The position numbers were made by a program, and so were the translations under genes. A stretch of DNA of 32,000 bases, from NCBI GenBank assembly GCA_021654395.1, contig AP024486.1, positions 480,001-512,000 on the forward strand, given 5' to 3'. Within the stretch, counting starts at the first letter, position 1, and each line of letters begins with the position of its first letter. Source of the DNA: Candidatus Saccharimonadota bacterium (GTDB lineage: Archaea; Micrarchaeota; Micrarchaeia; Micrarchaeales; Micrarchaeaceae). Below, piece by piece: positions 24,749-32,000 of the stretch. The notes below the pieces were generated by a model that ran no database searches, had not been told where the DNA came from, and saw only the letters and a list, made by a program, of their open reading frames with translations.

Positions 24749-26212
24749 TTGATATCTATGGTTGATGATCTATTCAAAAGAAGAGCGATATACTTTAATG
24801 CATTTGATATCTACGGAGGATCCTCTGGTTTATATGAGTATGGGCCTATAGGCGTAAGGATAAGAGAGAATATAAAGAAGGTATGGAGACATTACTTTAT
24901 AGACTATCTTGATAGCTTAGAGATAGATGGTAGTGATATAGCGCCAAGGATAGTATTTGAGGCAAGTGAGCATATAGAGCTATTTAATGATCCTATAGTG
25001 ATATGCAGTAGCTGTAAGACACCTTATAGAGCAGATAAGCTGCTTGAGGAGTACTTTGAAAGGAATAATAAAAAGTTAGAAGCAGATAGCATAAAAAAGC
25101 TCAATGATAAAGAGATCGAGAGGCTTATTATAGAGAATGATATAAGATGCGAGAGGTGTAATGGTAAGTTAGGCAATGTAGAGCGATTCAATCTAATGTT
25201 TAAGACAAATCTTGGATATAATGGAGAGGCGTATCTGAGGCCAGAGACTGCTCAGAATATATTCGTTGATTTTATATACTTAAAGAAATCGATAGGATTT
25301 GATCTTCCAAGAGCTATAGGTCAGATAGGAAGAGCCTATAGAAATGAGATCTCTCCGAGGCAGGAGCTAGTAAGAATGAGATCTTTTACACAGATGGAGC
25401 TAGAGCTATTCTTCGATCCAGAGTCAGATCAAAGTAAGTTTAGAGATAAGGATCTGAGCTTTATATATAGCTACCAGATCCCTTTTAAGAGAGTTGGTGA
25501 GACAGAGCCAAAGATATACTCTTTAAAAGAGCTTCTAGACTACAAGAGCATACCCAATATCTACTTTGCCTTTATGCTTTATCTGATAGATAGATTTCTT
25601 AAGGATATCGGGATAAGTAATAACTATAGATTCAGAGAGGTAGAGAAGGAGGAGCTTGCTCATTACTCAGGAGGTACTGTAGATCTGGAGATAAAGACAA
25701 GCTATGGCTATATAGAATGCGAAGGCACAGCTTACAGGAGAGACTTTGATCTAAAGAGGCATAGTGAGTTCTCAAAGGAGGATCTATCTGTTAGTGATGG
25801 AAAGGGAAGAAAGTTTATACCACATGTTATAGAGCCCAGCTTTGGTTTAGATAGACTGCTATTCGCCCTACTAGAGAACTCTCTAGTTGATGATGGGAGA
25901 GGTTGGAAGTACTTAAAGCTAAATGATAAGATAGCACCATATAAGTATGTTGTATTTCCCTTGCAGAAAGACGATAGGCTTATAGAAAAGGCTAAACAGC
26001 TATATGAAGCTTTATTTAATAAAGATATCGCTGTAGCTTATAGCCAAACAGGTAGTATAGGAAAGAGATATGCTAAGTTTGATGAGATTGGAGTTCCATA
26101 TGCTATAACTATAGACTATCAGACTTTAGAGGACAATACAGTAACTATAAGGGATAGAGATACAACAAAGCAGAGAAGAGTTAGCATAGAGGAGCTTATA
26201 AGTAAGCCATAG
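24749..26212 (+). CDS. glyS: Glycine--tRNA ligase, archaeal/eukaryotic alpha2 type (class II)
   Basis: Motifs are KRRAIYFNAFDIYGGSSGLYEYGPIGVRIRENIKKVWR, YLRPETAQ, AYRNEISPRQELVRMRSFTQMELELF and VIEPSFGLDRL, followed by an anticodon-binding C-terminus. The start is TTG 24749 or ATG 24758. Confidence 0.9.
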   Translation: MISMVDDLFKRRAIYFNAFDIYGGSSGLYEYGPIGVRIRENIKKVWRHYFIDYLDSLEIDGSDIAPRIVFEASEHIELFNDPIVICSSCKTPYRADKLLEEYFERNNKKLEADSIKKLNDKEIERLIIENDIRCERCNGKLGNVERFNLMFKTNLGYNGEAYLRPETAQNIFVDFIYLKKSIGFDLPRAIGQIGRAYRNEISPRQELVRMRSFTQMELELFFDPESDQSKFRDKDLSFIYSYQIPFKRVGETEPKIYSLKELLDYKSIPNIYFAFMLYLIDRFLKDIGISNNYRFREVEKEELAHYSGGTVDLEIKTSYGYIECEGTAYRRDFDLKRHSEFSKEDLSVSDGKGRKFIPHVIEPSFGLDRLLFALLENSLVDDGRGWKYLKLNDKIAPYKYVVFPLQKDDRLIEKAKQLYEALFNKDIAVAYSQTGSIGKRYAKFDEIGVPYAITIDYQTLEDNTVTIRDRDTTKQRRVSIEELISKP

Positions 26213-26777
26213 TATTTAACTTGTAGATAGAGATCTTCAAAATTATAATACAAATGCCATATCTTAGTGAATATAAAAGCAAGATAAAGCGCTTATAATT
26301 AAATTTTGATTTTAAAGTATCTGGTATTAATCTAAGTTAAAAAGTCATTAATAATACATACTATCTGATTTTAAAGCAAAGTCTAATCCTAATGTAGATT
26401 TGACTCTTTAAGCAGATTCAGCTAGATAAACTAGTTCGTTGAAATTCTTTAAAATAGACTCTGATTTATAAATATTAATACCTATAGCTGATAAAATTAA
26501 TGTAGCGCTTACTTTAGACTTTTCATTGCAAATGGAAATTATGATCCCCTGTGCGATATATATAAAGGCATTCCAGTATGTTTGTGCATTAAGATCTTTT
26601 TATTTGAGATATATCCAAACCATTTTAAAAAAAAGTCAAAATGTAAGTGCACACCTTAAGTGCTGAAATACTTTAAACCAAGCAAAAAATTACGAAAATA
26701 GAAATGTTTAAATATCAAAAAAATGATACTAGTAATGTTTGGTGAGAAGATGCCTGATAAAACAGTACTAAATATGA

Positions 26778-27148
26778 ATGGAGTCGACCTTTCGAAAGAT
26801 CCAAAAGCAACGAGTTAGAAAGAAGCCAGTACTCCTAAAAGTGGTTTTCGCTGAAGAAGATGGAGAAATTACTACTGTAAATGGCACGAAAGGAGAGAAG
26901 TGGCCTATAAAGAGAGAAGTATTCGATAAAACTTATGTACTTGTAGATCCGAAAAATAATTTATATGCAAAGAAACCAATAGTAGTTTATGCAAAGCAAA
27001 TAGATGTGTCTTTTACAGTTAATGTGTCTTGGAGCAAAGATCCTTTATACGGAAAGCTGGGAGATTATTTAGTGCAGTACGAGAGGGCGACTATGGTATC
27101 GTAGCTAAAGAAATTTTTGAAGAAACTTATGAAGTAGTAAGAGAGTAA
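26778..27148 (+). pseudogene. Small phage-like protein with two tandem PGDYG-type repeats, frameshifted near its 3' end
   Basis: Repeat 1 is KKPVLLKVVF...GEKWPIKREVFDKTYVLV. Repeat 2 is KKPIVVYAKQ...GKLGDYLVQYER|GDYGIVAKEIFEETYEVVRE. The second half is reached only by adding one G to the G3 run at 27085-27087. Foreign-style codons. Confidence 0.5.
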
Positions 27149-27521
27149 CGTAGCTAAAAAATAATTACTTAATTCATTTTGGATTTTTTCTTTTCTTTTA
27201 AATTTAATCCCAATTAAAACTTTATTCAAAGTGATGTAAAGAGATCTCTAGCAAATAGAAGGAGTAATTAACTTTTCCACGCGATCAATATGCTGCTTTT
27301 AATAGAAACTACTATAATATTAACTTATAAAATGATGTAGCTATAGCTTAGGTTCACCTGGGCGAGCATAAGTACTACACAGATTGCTCTGTAACCTAAG
27401 TCGCATTTAACATAAGAAAGCAGTACAATTTTATATTTAGTACTCCAATATTCTTGGAATAGTGCCCCTGGAAAGCTGTCTGTTAATATCTTAATTGGCT
27501 TTTGTCGAAAAGTAGTTGAGT

Positions 27522-27594
27522 TGCTCCTACCGGGATTTGAACCCGGGTTGCGGGCTCGAAAGGCCCGCGTCCTTGGCCACTAGACGATAGGAGC
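27522..27594 (-). tRNA. tRNA-Glu (anticodon UUC)
   Basis: Reverse complement reads GCTCCTA..CGGGC-CTTTCGA-GCCCG..CCGGG-TTCAAAT-CCCGG-TAGGAGC-A. All stems pair. Confidence 0.95.
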
Positions 27595-27660
27595 TTAAGA
27601 CAATTAGATTTAATCTATTAAGCTTAATAATATTTAATCTTATGCTTAGCAGGCTGATAG

Positions 27661-28248
27661 CTACTTATTGATATGCTTATATATTATATTAATTATATCT
27701 TTAGTTACTTCATCTGCGCTCTTATTACCATCTATAGCGATGACTTCTGGAAATCTATCTCTGTCATTTATTATCATATCAAATGCAGATTTAACCTTAT
27801 TTAAGGTATCTAATCTTTCAAAGTAGTCTTGTGAGCCCTCCTTATTTAATCTTCTTAATGCCTCCTTTGGAGCTACATCTAGTATTATGCATATATCTGG
27901 CTTTGGAAAAACAGAGTTAGCATTAACAAGCCATTCATAGCTCATACCTTTAGAGTAGCCGTATGCAATAGTAGAGTAAAAGTATCTATCCATTATTACT
28001 AGGTTATCTTTTCTTAATGCTTCTATATCATCTTTGTGATAAGCTCTATCTGCCATGAATAGAAGCTGCAGAAAGAGATCATTCTTAACATTTCTGCTTC
28101 TTAAAAGGCCTTGTATTATTATGCCAATTAGCTGGTCTGTTGGCTCCTTCTCTATCTTTACGCTAAATCTATCCTTAAGAGCATCTCTTAGTCTATTTAC
28201 TTGTGTTGTCTTACCTGCTCCATCTAAACCCTCTATAACTACAAACAT
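27661..28248 (-). CDS. tmk: Thymidylate (dTMP) kinase
   Basis: MFVVIEGLDGAGKTTQ P-loop, DRYFYSTIAYG and the length (195 aa) are typical of Tmk. Confidence 0.85.
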   Translation of the reverse strand: MFVVIEGLDGAGKTTQVNRLRDALKDRFSVKIEKEPTDQLIGIIIQGLLRSRNVKNDLFLQLLFMADRAYHKDDIEALRKDNLVIMDRYFYSTIAYGYSKGMSYEWLVNANSVFPKPDICIILDVAPKEALRRLNKEGSQDYFERLDTLNKVKSAFDMIINDRDRFPEVIAIDGNKSADEVTKDIINIIYKHINK

Positions 28249-28332
28249 TGCTAATTCACTATCTTTAGATTAGGTAGATATATTTTATAATATTATATAA
28301 CTAAATGCTATTAGATTCTAAAAAGTCTTTAA

Positions 28333-28875
28333 ATGAGCGACTATTATACAGGAAATGGGGATGACGGCTATACAAACCTGATAGGCTTAAACAGGATACC
28401 AAAAGATAACCCACTAATAGATGCTATAGGCGAGCTAGATATGCTTAATTCTATCTTAGGGGTAGTAAAGATATATGTAGAAGATAGCAATAAGGATATA
28501 ATATACAGATTGCAGAATGATCTGTTTAGAATTGGTGCAGAGCTTGCTATAAGGAATAAGTCTAATATGAAGACAAATAGAATCTCTAAGGAGGATACTG
28601 ATTATATAGAGAGGCAGATAGATGAGCTATCTAAAGATCTGCCAAAGCTAACTAAGTTTGTGCTGCCTGGCGGATGTGAGGCCTCTGCCTATCTTCATCT
28701 AGCGAGAGCTTATGCAAGGACTCTAGAGCGAAAATTAGTTAGATTATATAATAGTAGTATAATTGATAATAAGAGCATATTGAGCTATATTAATAGATTA
28801 TCCTCTTTACTATTTGTAATGGCATTATACGAGAACTATAAGAGAGGCATAACTGAAAGTAATCCAAGCTACTAG
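28333..28875 (+). CDS. ATP:cob(I)alamin adenosyltransferase, PduO/MMAB type
   Basis: YTGNGDDGYTNLIG..RIPKDNPLIDAIGELDMLNSILG, FVLPGG...AYLHLARAYARTLER and SYINRLSSLLF match the PduO-type family pattern. Confidence 0.8.
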   Translation: MSDYYTGNGDDGYTNLIGLNRIPKDNPLIDAIGELDMLNSILGVVKIYVEDSNKDIIYRLQNDLFRIGAELAIRNKSNMKTNRISKEDTDYIERQIDELSKDLPKLTKFVLPGGCEASAYLHLARAYARTLERKLVRLYNSSIIDNKSILSYINRLSSLLFVMALYENYKRGITESNPSY

Positions 28876-29072
28876 CAGTACTTTAAGATTTTTGGTAGAT
28901 TTTTAGTAATAGCTAGATACATGCAAAAGACTTATTAACTTAATAAGACTTAAATTTAAGATTAATAAGAAGCAATACTACTGATTCAAAAGCAGTTAAG
29001 CAGTTAGATAAACATAGTAAAGAATAAATACTTTTCTCTCTTTAACTCTTTAATAGATCTGGTGCTATCCGC

Positions 29073-29393
29073 TTGAATGACTCTAATTTTATACCTGAGC
29101 ATCGCTTACTAAGTAAAGATGAGGAGAAAGAGCTGCTTAATAAGCTTAATACTAGTAAGAAGGCGCTTCCTAAGATATTAGTAACAGATCCACAGGCAGT
29201 AAAGCTAAAGGCCAAAGTAGGAGATATAATAGAGATAAAGAGAAATGAGAACGGAGCTTCATACTTGTTTTATAGAGTAGTTGTACCATCTCCAGAGATA
29301 TCACTAAAAGATAGAAGATCATCTGAAGCAAAGGTAGCAAGCAAGAATAAGAAAGCTAAGCAGAAGGCCGAGAAGGCAGAAGACACTGCGTAA
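29073..29393 (+). CDS. rpoH: DNA-directed RNA polymerase subunit H (Rpo5) with a Lys-rich C-terminal extension
   Basis: IPEHRLLSKDEEKELLNKLNTSKKALPKILVTDPQAVKLKAKVGDIIEIKRNENGASYLFYRVVV is the RpoH core. It sits directly upstream of rpoB. The start is TTG. Confidence 0.8.
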   Translation: MNDSNFIPEHRLLSKDEEKELLNKLNTSKKALPKILVTDPQAVKLKAKVGDIIEIKRNENGASYLFYRVVVPSPEISLKDRRSSEAKVASKNKKAKQKAEKAEDTA

Positions 29394-29433
29394 TATAAAT
29401 AAAGAATGCTTATCCTTTTGTGATGGTGTTTAT

Positions 29434-30960
29434 ATGAAAGAGCTATTAGAGTCTTATCTAGAGTCAAACTCTATAGTAAAGCATCAGATAGATAGCTATA
29501 ACAGATTTATAAGTAAAGGATTGAAAGAGATATTAGAGCTTAATAGCGTAATAACACCAAATATACCTGATTATTCAATAAAGCTCTTGGATATAAGAGT
29601 TGAGAAGCCGGTTGTTATAGAGCCAGACAGCTCAACTAGAGCAATACTTCCTAACGAAGCATTAATAAGAGGTCTAACATACGCTGCTCCTATATACCTA
29701 AAGTACGTGCCTATGATTAAAGGAATTCCAAAGGAGGTAGATATAAAAGAGACATTTATAGGAGAGATACCAGTAATGGTAAAGAGCAATCTATGCTATA
29801 CATCAAATATGACTGAGGAGCAGCTTGTGGAGAATGGAGAGGATCCATATGACCCTGGAGGCTACTTTATAATTAAAGGAACTGAGAGAACTCTTATAGC
29901 AGTAGAGGATGTAGCACAGAATAAGATAATGGTAGCAAAAGAGAAAGGCAACTATGTAGCAAGGGTATTCTCATCAATAGAAGGATTTAAATCTAAATGC
30001 ACAGTAACAAGAGATGAGAATGGAATATTTAAGGTTCTATTCCCTGGAGTTGAGTCTTCAATAGATCTTATATTGCTATTAAGAGCATTAGGTATGTCAA
30101 AAGACGATATGCTAAACTCAGTAAGTGATGAGTATACATATAACGATATTCTAGTAAATCTCGATAGCAGCGAGGCATCAGATGCAAATATAGAAGAGGT
30201 ATACGATATGCTAGCTAAGCAAGTATACGCAGGTCAGAATAAGGAGTATAAGCAGAAGAGGATAAAGAAGGAGCTAGATGAGTATCTACTGCCGCATATA
30301 GGCTTATCAGAGGATGCTAGAAAAGAGAAAGCGAGATTCTTGCTGCTTATGGCTGCAAGAGCATCTCTTGCTTACCATCACAAGATAAAGCCAGATGATA
30401 AGGATCACTTCAAGAACAAGAGATTAAGATTAGCAGGTGATCTACTATTTGATCTATTTTTACATTCATTTAAGCTATTCTTAAGGGATGTTAAGTATCA
30501 TATAGAGAGAAATGTAATGAGAGAGAGGAAGGCAAACTTCAATATAGCAGTTAATCCAGATGCATTAACAGATAGAATACTATCAGCCATGGGAACAGGA
30601 AATTGGCCGAATGGTCCAAGCGGCATCTCTCAAGTCTTAGACAGAATAAACTTCATATCATCATTAGCGCATCTAAGAAGAGTTAAATCTCCGTTAGCAA
30701 AGAGGAGAACCAACTTTAAAGCTAGAGATGTGCACGGAACGCAGATAGGCAAGATATGCATTAGTGAGACGCCAGAAGGAATAGAGGTAGGACTAACAAA
30801 GTATCTAGCAATAATGGCAAGAGTAACAGATGATGTTGACGCATCAATAGTTCTTAACAAGATAAAGGACATAAAAGGATTCAAGGTTAATGAATACTAT
30901 CTGCATAATATTAATGAGAAGAGGCTTATAGATGAGAGTGATACTTATGGCAAGCAATAA
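29434..30960 (+). CDS. rpoB2: DNA-directed RNA polymerase subunit B'' (Rpo2N, N-terminal part of split subunit B)
   Basis: HQIDSYNRFI, GEIPVMVKS..C, DPGGYFIIKGTERTLIA, LAHLRRV and RDVHGTQIGKICISETPEG are conserved Rpb2 N-terminal motifs. The gene ends at 508 aa, and the next gene continues the subunit. Confidence 0.9.
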   Translation: MKELLESYLESNSIVKHQIDSYNRFISKGLKEILELNSVITPNIPDYSIKLLDIRVEKPVVIEPDSSTRAILPNEALIRGLTYAAPIYLKYVPMIKGIPKEVDIKETFIGEIPVMVKSNLCYTSNMTEEQLVENGEDPYDPGGYFIIKGTERTLIAVEDVAQNKIMVAKEKGNYVARVFSSIEGFKSKCTVTRDENGIFKVLFPGVESSIDLILLLRALGMSKDDMLNSVSDEYTYNDILVNLDSSEASDANIEEVYDMLAKQVYAGQNKEYKQKRIKKELDEYLLPHIGLSEDARKEKARFLLLMAARASLAYHHKIKPDDKDHFKNKRLRLAGDLLFDLFLHSFKLFLRDVKYHIERNVMRERKANFNIAVNPDALTDRILSAMGTGNWPNGPSGISQVLDRINFISSLAHLRRVKSPLAKRRTNFKARDVHGTQIGKICISETPEGIEVGLTKYLAIMARVTDDVDASIVLNKIKDIKGFKVNEYYLHNINEKRLIDESDTYGKQ

Positions 30961-32000
30961 TGAAAATGCAGCTTATGTATTATTAAATGGAAAGCCGATA
31001 GGCAGAGTAGTGGATCCTTTAGCATTTGTGAAGGAGGTTATAAGCTTTAGAAGAAAAGGGCTAATACCAAATTCAATAAATGTAGCATATATAAAGAAGC
31101 TCAATGAGGTTCATATAAATGCAGATAGAGGCAGAGTGAGAAAGCCCTATATAGTTGTAGAGAATGGAAAGAGTCTACTCACACCAGAGCTTAAGGAGAA
31201 GCTAAAGAGAAAAGAGATCAGCTTTAACTATCTTCTACTTCATGGCATTATAGAGTATCTAGATGCAGAAGAGGAGAGCAATGCAGTAGTTGCATTAAGA
31301 GAAGAGGATATAACAAAGGATACAACACATCTAGAGGTAGATGGAGCATCGATATTTGGATTAACAATGAATCTAACAACATTTAATGAGCACAATACTG
31401 TAGCTAAGCATCACTTAGGAGCAAACTTCATTAAGCAAGCTCAAGGAGTCTATGCACTAAACTACTCAAAGAGATTCGATTCTAGAGCATTTCTGCTTTA
31501 CTATCCGCAGAGACCATTAATAGACACAGCAGCATATAGAAAGCTCAATCTAGAGAAGCATGCATCTGGTCAGAACTTTGTTGTTGCATTAACCACATAC
31601 TTTGGATATAATATGATGGATGCAGTAGTACTTAATAAGGCTGCTGTAGAGAGAGGCTTAGCAAGAAGTGCTTTCTTTAAGTCATATATAGCAGAGGAGA
31701 GAAGGTATCCTGGGGGTCAGAAAGAGAGATTCGCTATTCCACCACCAACAGCAGAGGGCTATCTAGGAGAGAGTGTCTACTCAAAGCTATCTGATGATGG
31801 TATAATAGAGAAGGAGATGGATGTTAAGGAGGGAGAAGCTATAATAGGAAAGCTATCACCGCCAAGATTCGCTGAGGAGCCATCAATAAGCGGAGGAACA
31901 CCTATAGAGAAGCATAAGGATAGCTCTATAGTATTAAAGCCTAACGAGGATGGAGTTGTTGATGAAGTGCTATTTACAGAGACTCTATCTGCAACAAAGC
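30947..32000 (+). CDS. rpoB1: DNA-directed RNA polymerase subunit B' (Rpo2C, C-terminal part), 5' portion; runs off the window
   Basis: This gene is absent from the ORF track because it is open-ended. ATG 30947 overlaps the rpoB'' stop by 14 nt. Translation gives MASNNENAAYVLLNGKPIG...IEYLDAEEE...HLEVDGASIFG...YPQRPL...GQNFVVALTTYFGYNMMDAVVLNKAAVERGL, which are Rpb2 mid-region motifs. Confidence 0.85.
   Translation, partial: MASNNENAAYVLLNGKPIGRVVDPLAFVKEVISFRRKGLIPNSINVAYIKKLNEVHINADRGRVRKPYIVVENGKSLLTPELKEKLKRKEISFNYLLLHGIIEYLDAEEESNAVVALREEDITKDTTHLEVDGASIFGLTMNLTTFNEHNTVAKHHLGANFIKQAQGVYALNYSKRFDSRAFLLYYPQRPLIDTAAYRKLNLEKHASGQNFVVALTTYFGYNMMDAVVLNKAAVERGLARSAFFKSYIAEERRYPGGQKERFAIPPPTAEGYLGESVYSKLSDDGIIEKEMDVKEGEAIIGKLSPPRFAEEPSISGGTPIEKHKDSSIVLKPNEDGVVDEVLFTETLSATK

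Noticed and set aside
27328-27410. Possible C/D-box sRNA or other small RNA upstream of tRNA-Glu (aATGATGt box-like string; 8-bp stem cttaggtt/aacctaag at 27347-27354 and 27393-27400)
   Set aside because: There is no matching D box (CTGA) at the right distance and no terminal stem, only one modest helix in AT-rich DNA. The evidence is insufficient.
28925-28950. AT-rich palindrome cttattaa-c-ttaataag upstream of rpoH
   Set aside because: The same reasoning applies: it is low-complexity AT palindrome with no supporting context.

Overview
AT-rich archaeal chromosome segment. Archaeal markers are an rpoH / split rpoB'' / rpoB' cluster, an archaeal histone-fold protein, archaeal-type TyrRS, GlyRS and DTD2 deacylase, and four tRNA genes without encoded CCA. 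Surface proteins dense in N-glycosylation sequons and the small, compact genes suggest a DPANN-like or acidophile lineage, but I cannot assign the organism. Most of the window is housekeeping: pilus/Tad-like membrane platform genes, a ThyA fusion, histone, Wzx-type flippase, OB-fold protein, HMG-CoA-synthase-like enzyme, tyrS, dtdA, glyS, tmk, a PduO-type adenosyltransferase and RNA polymerase. The unusual part is about 10.6-20.6 kb. It starts with a 966-bp ORF-free stretch. Next come a UvrD-type helicase fused to a RecB/Cas4-like nuclease, with a small frameshifted PD-(D/E)xK nuclease downstream. From about 14.9 kb to the 3' end of tRNA-Thr at 20,598 lies a block whose codon style differs by eye (AAA/ATT-rich versus host AAG/ATA). 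That block carries a 161-aa unknown, an ATP-grasp remnant coupled to a frameshifted ureohydrolase, a translationally coupled beta-class DNA methyltransferase plus a double-HKD phospholipase-D-family nuclease with a winged-helix-like tail, and a twice-frameshifted HD hydrolase. The methyltransferase/nuclease pair is my best candidate for an atypical restriction or defence module. Short motifs resembling the tRNA-Thr 3' end bracket the modules, which fits serial integration at that tRNA; no integrase is present. A smaller scar with the same foreign codon style lies against the 3' end of tRNA-Glu (26.2-27.5 kb). All five frameshifts I reconstructed are one-base shortfalls in homopolymer runs. Everything was done by eye-translation and motif recognition, with no searches or statistics.
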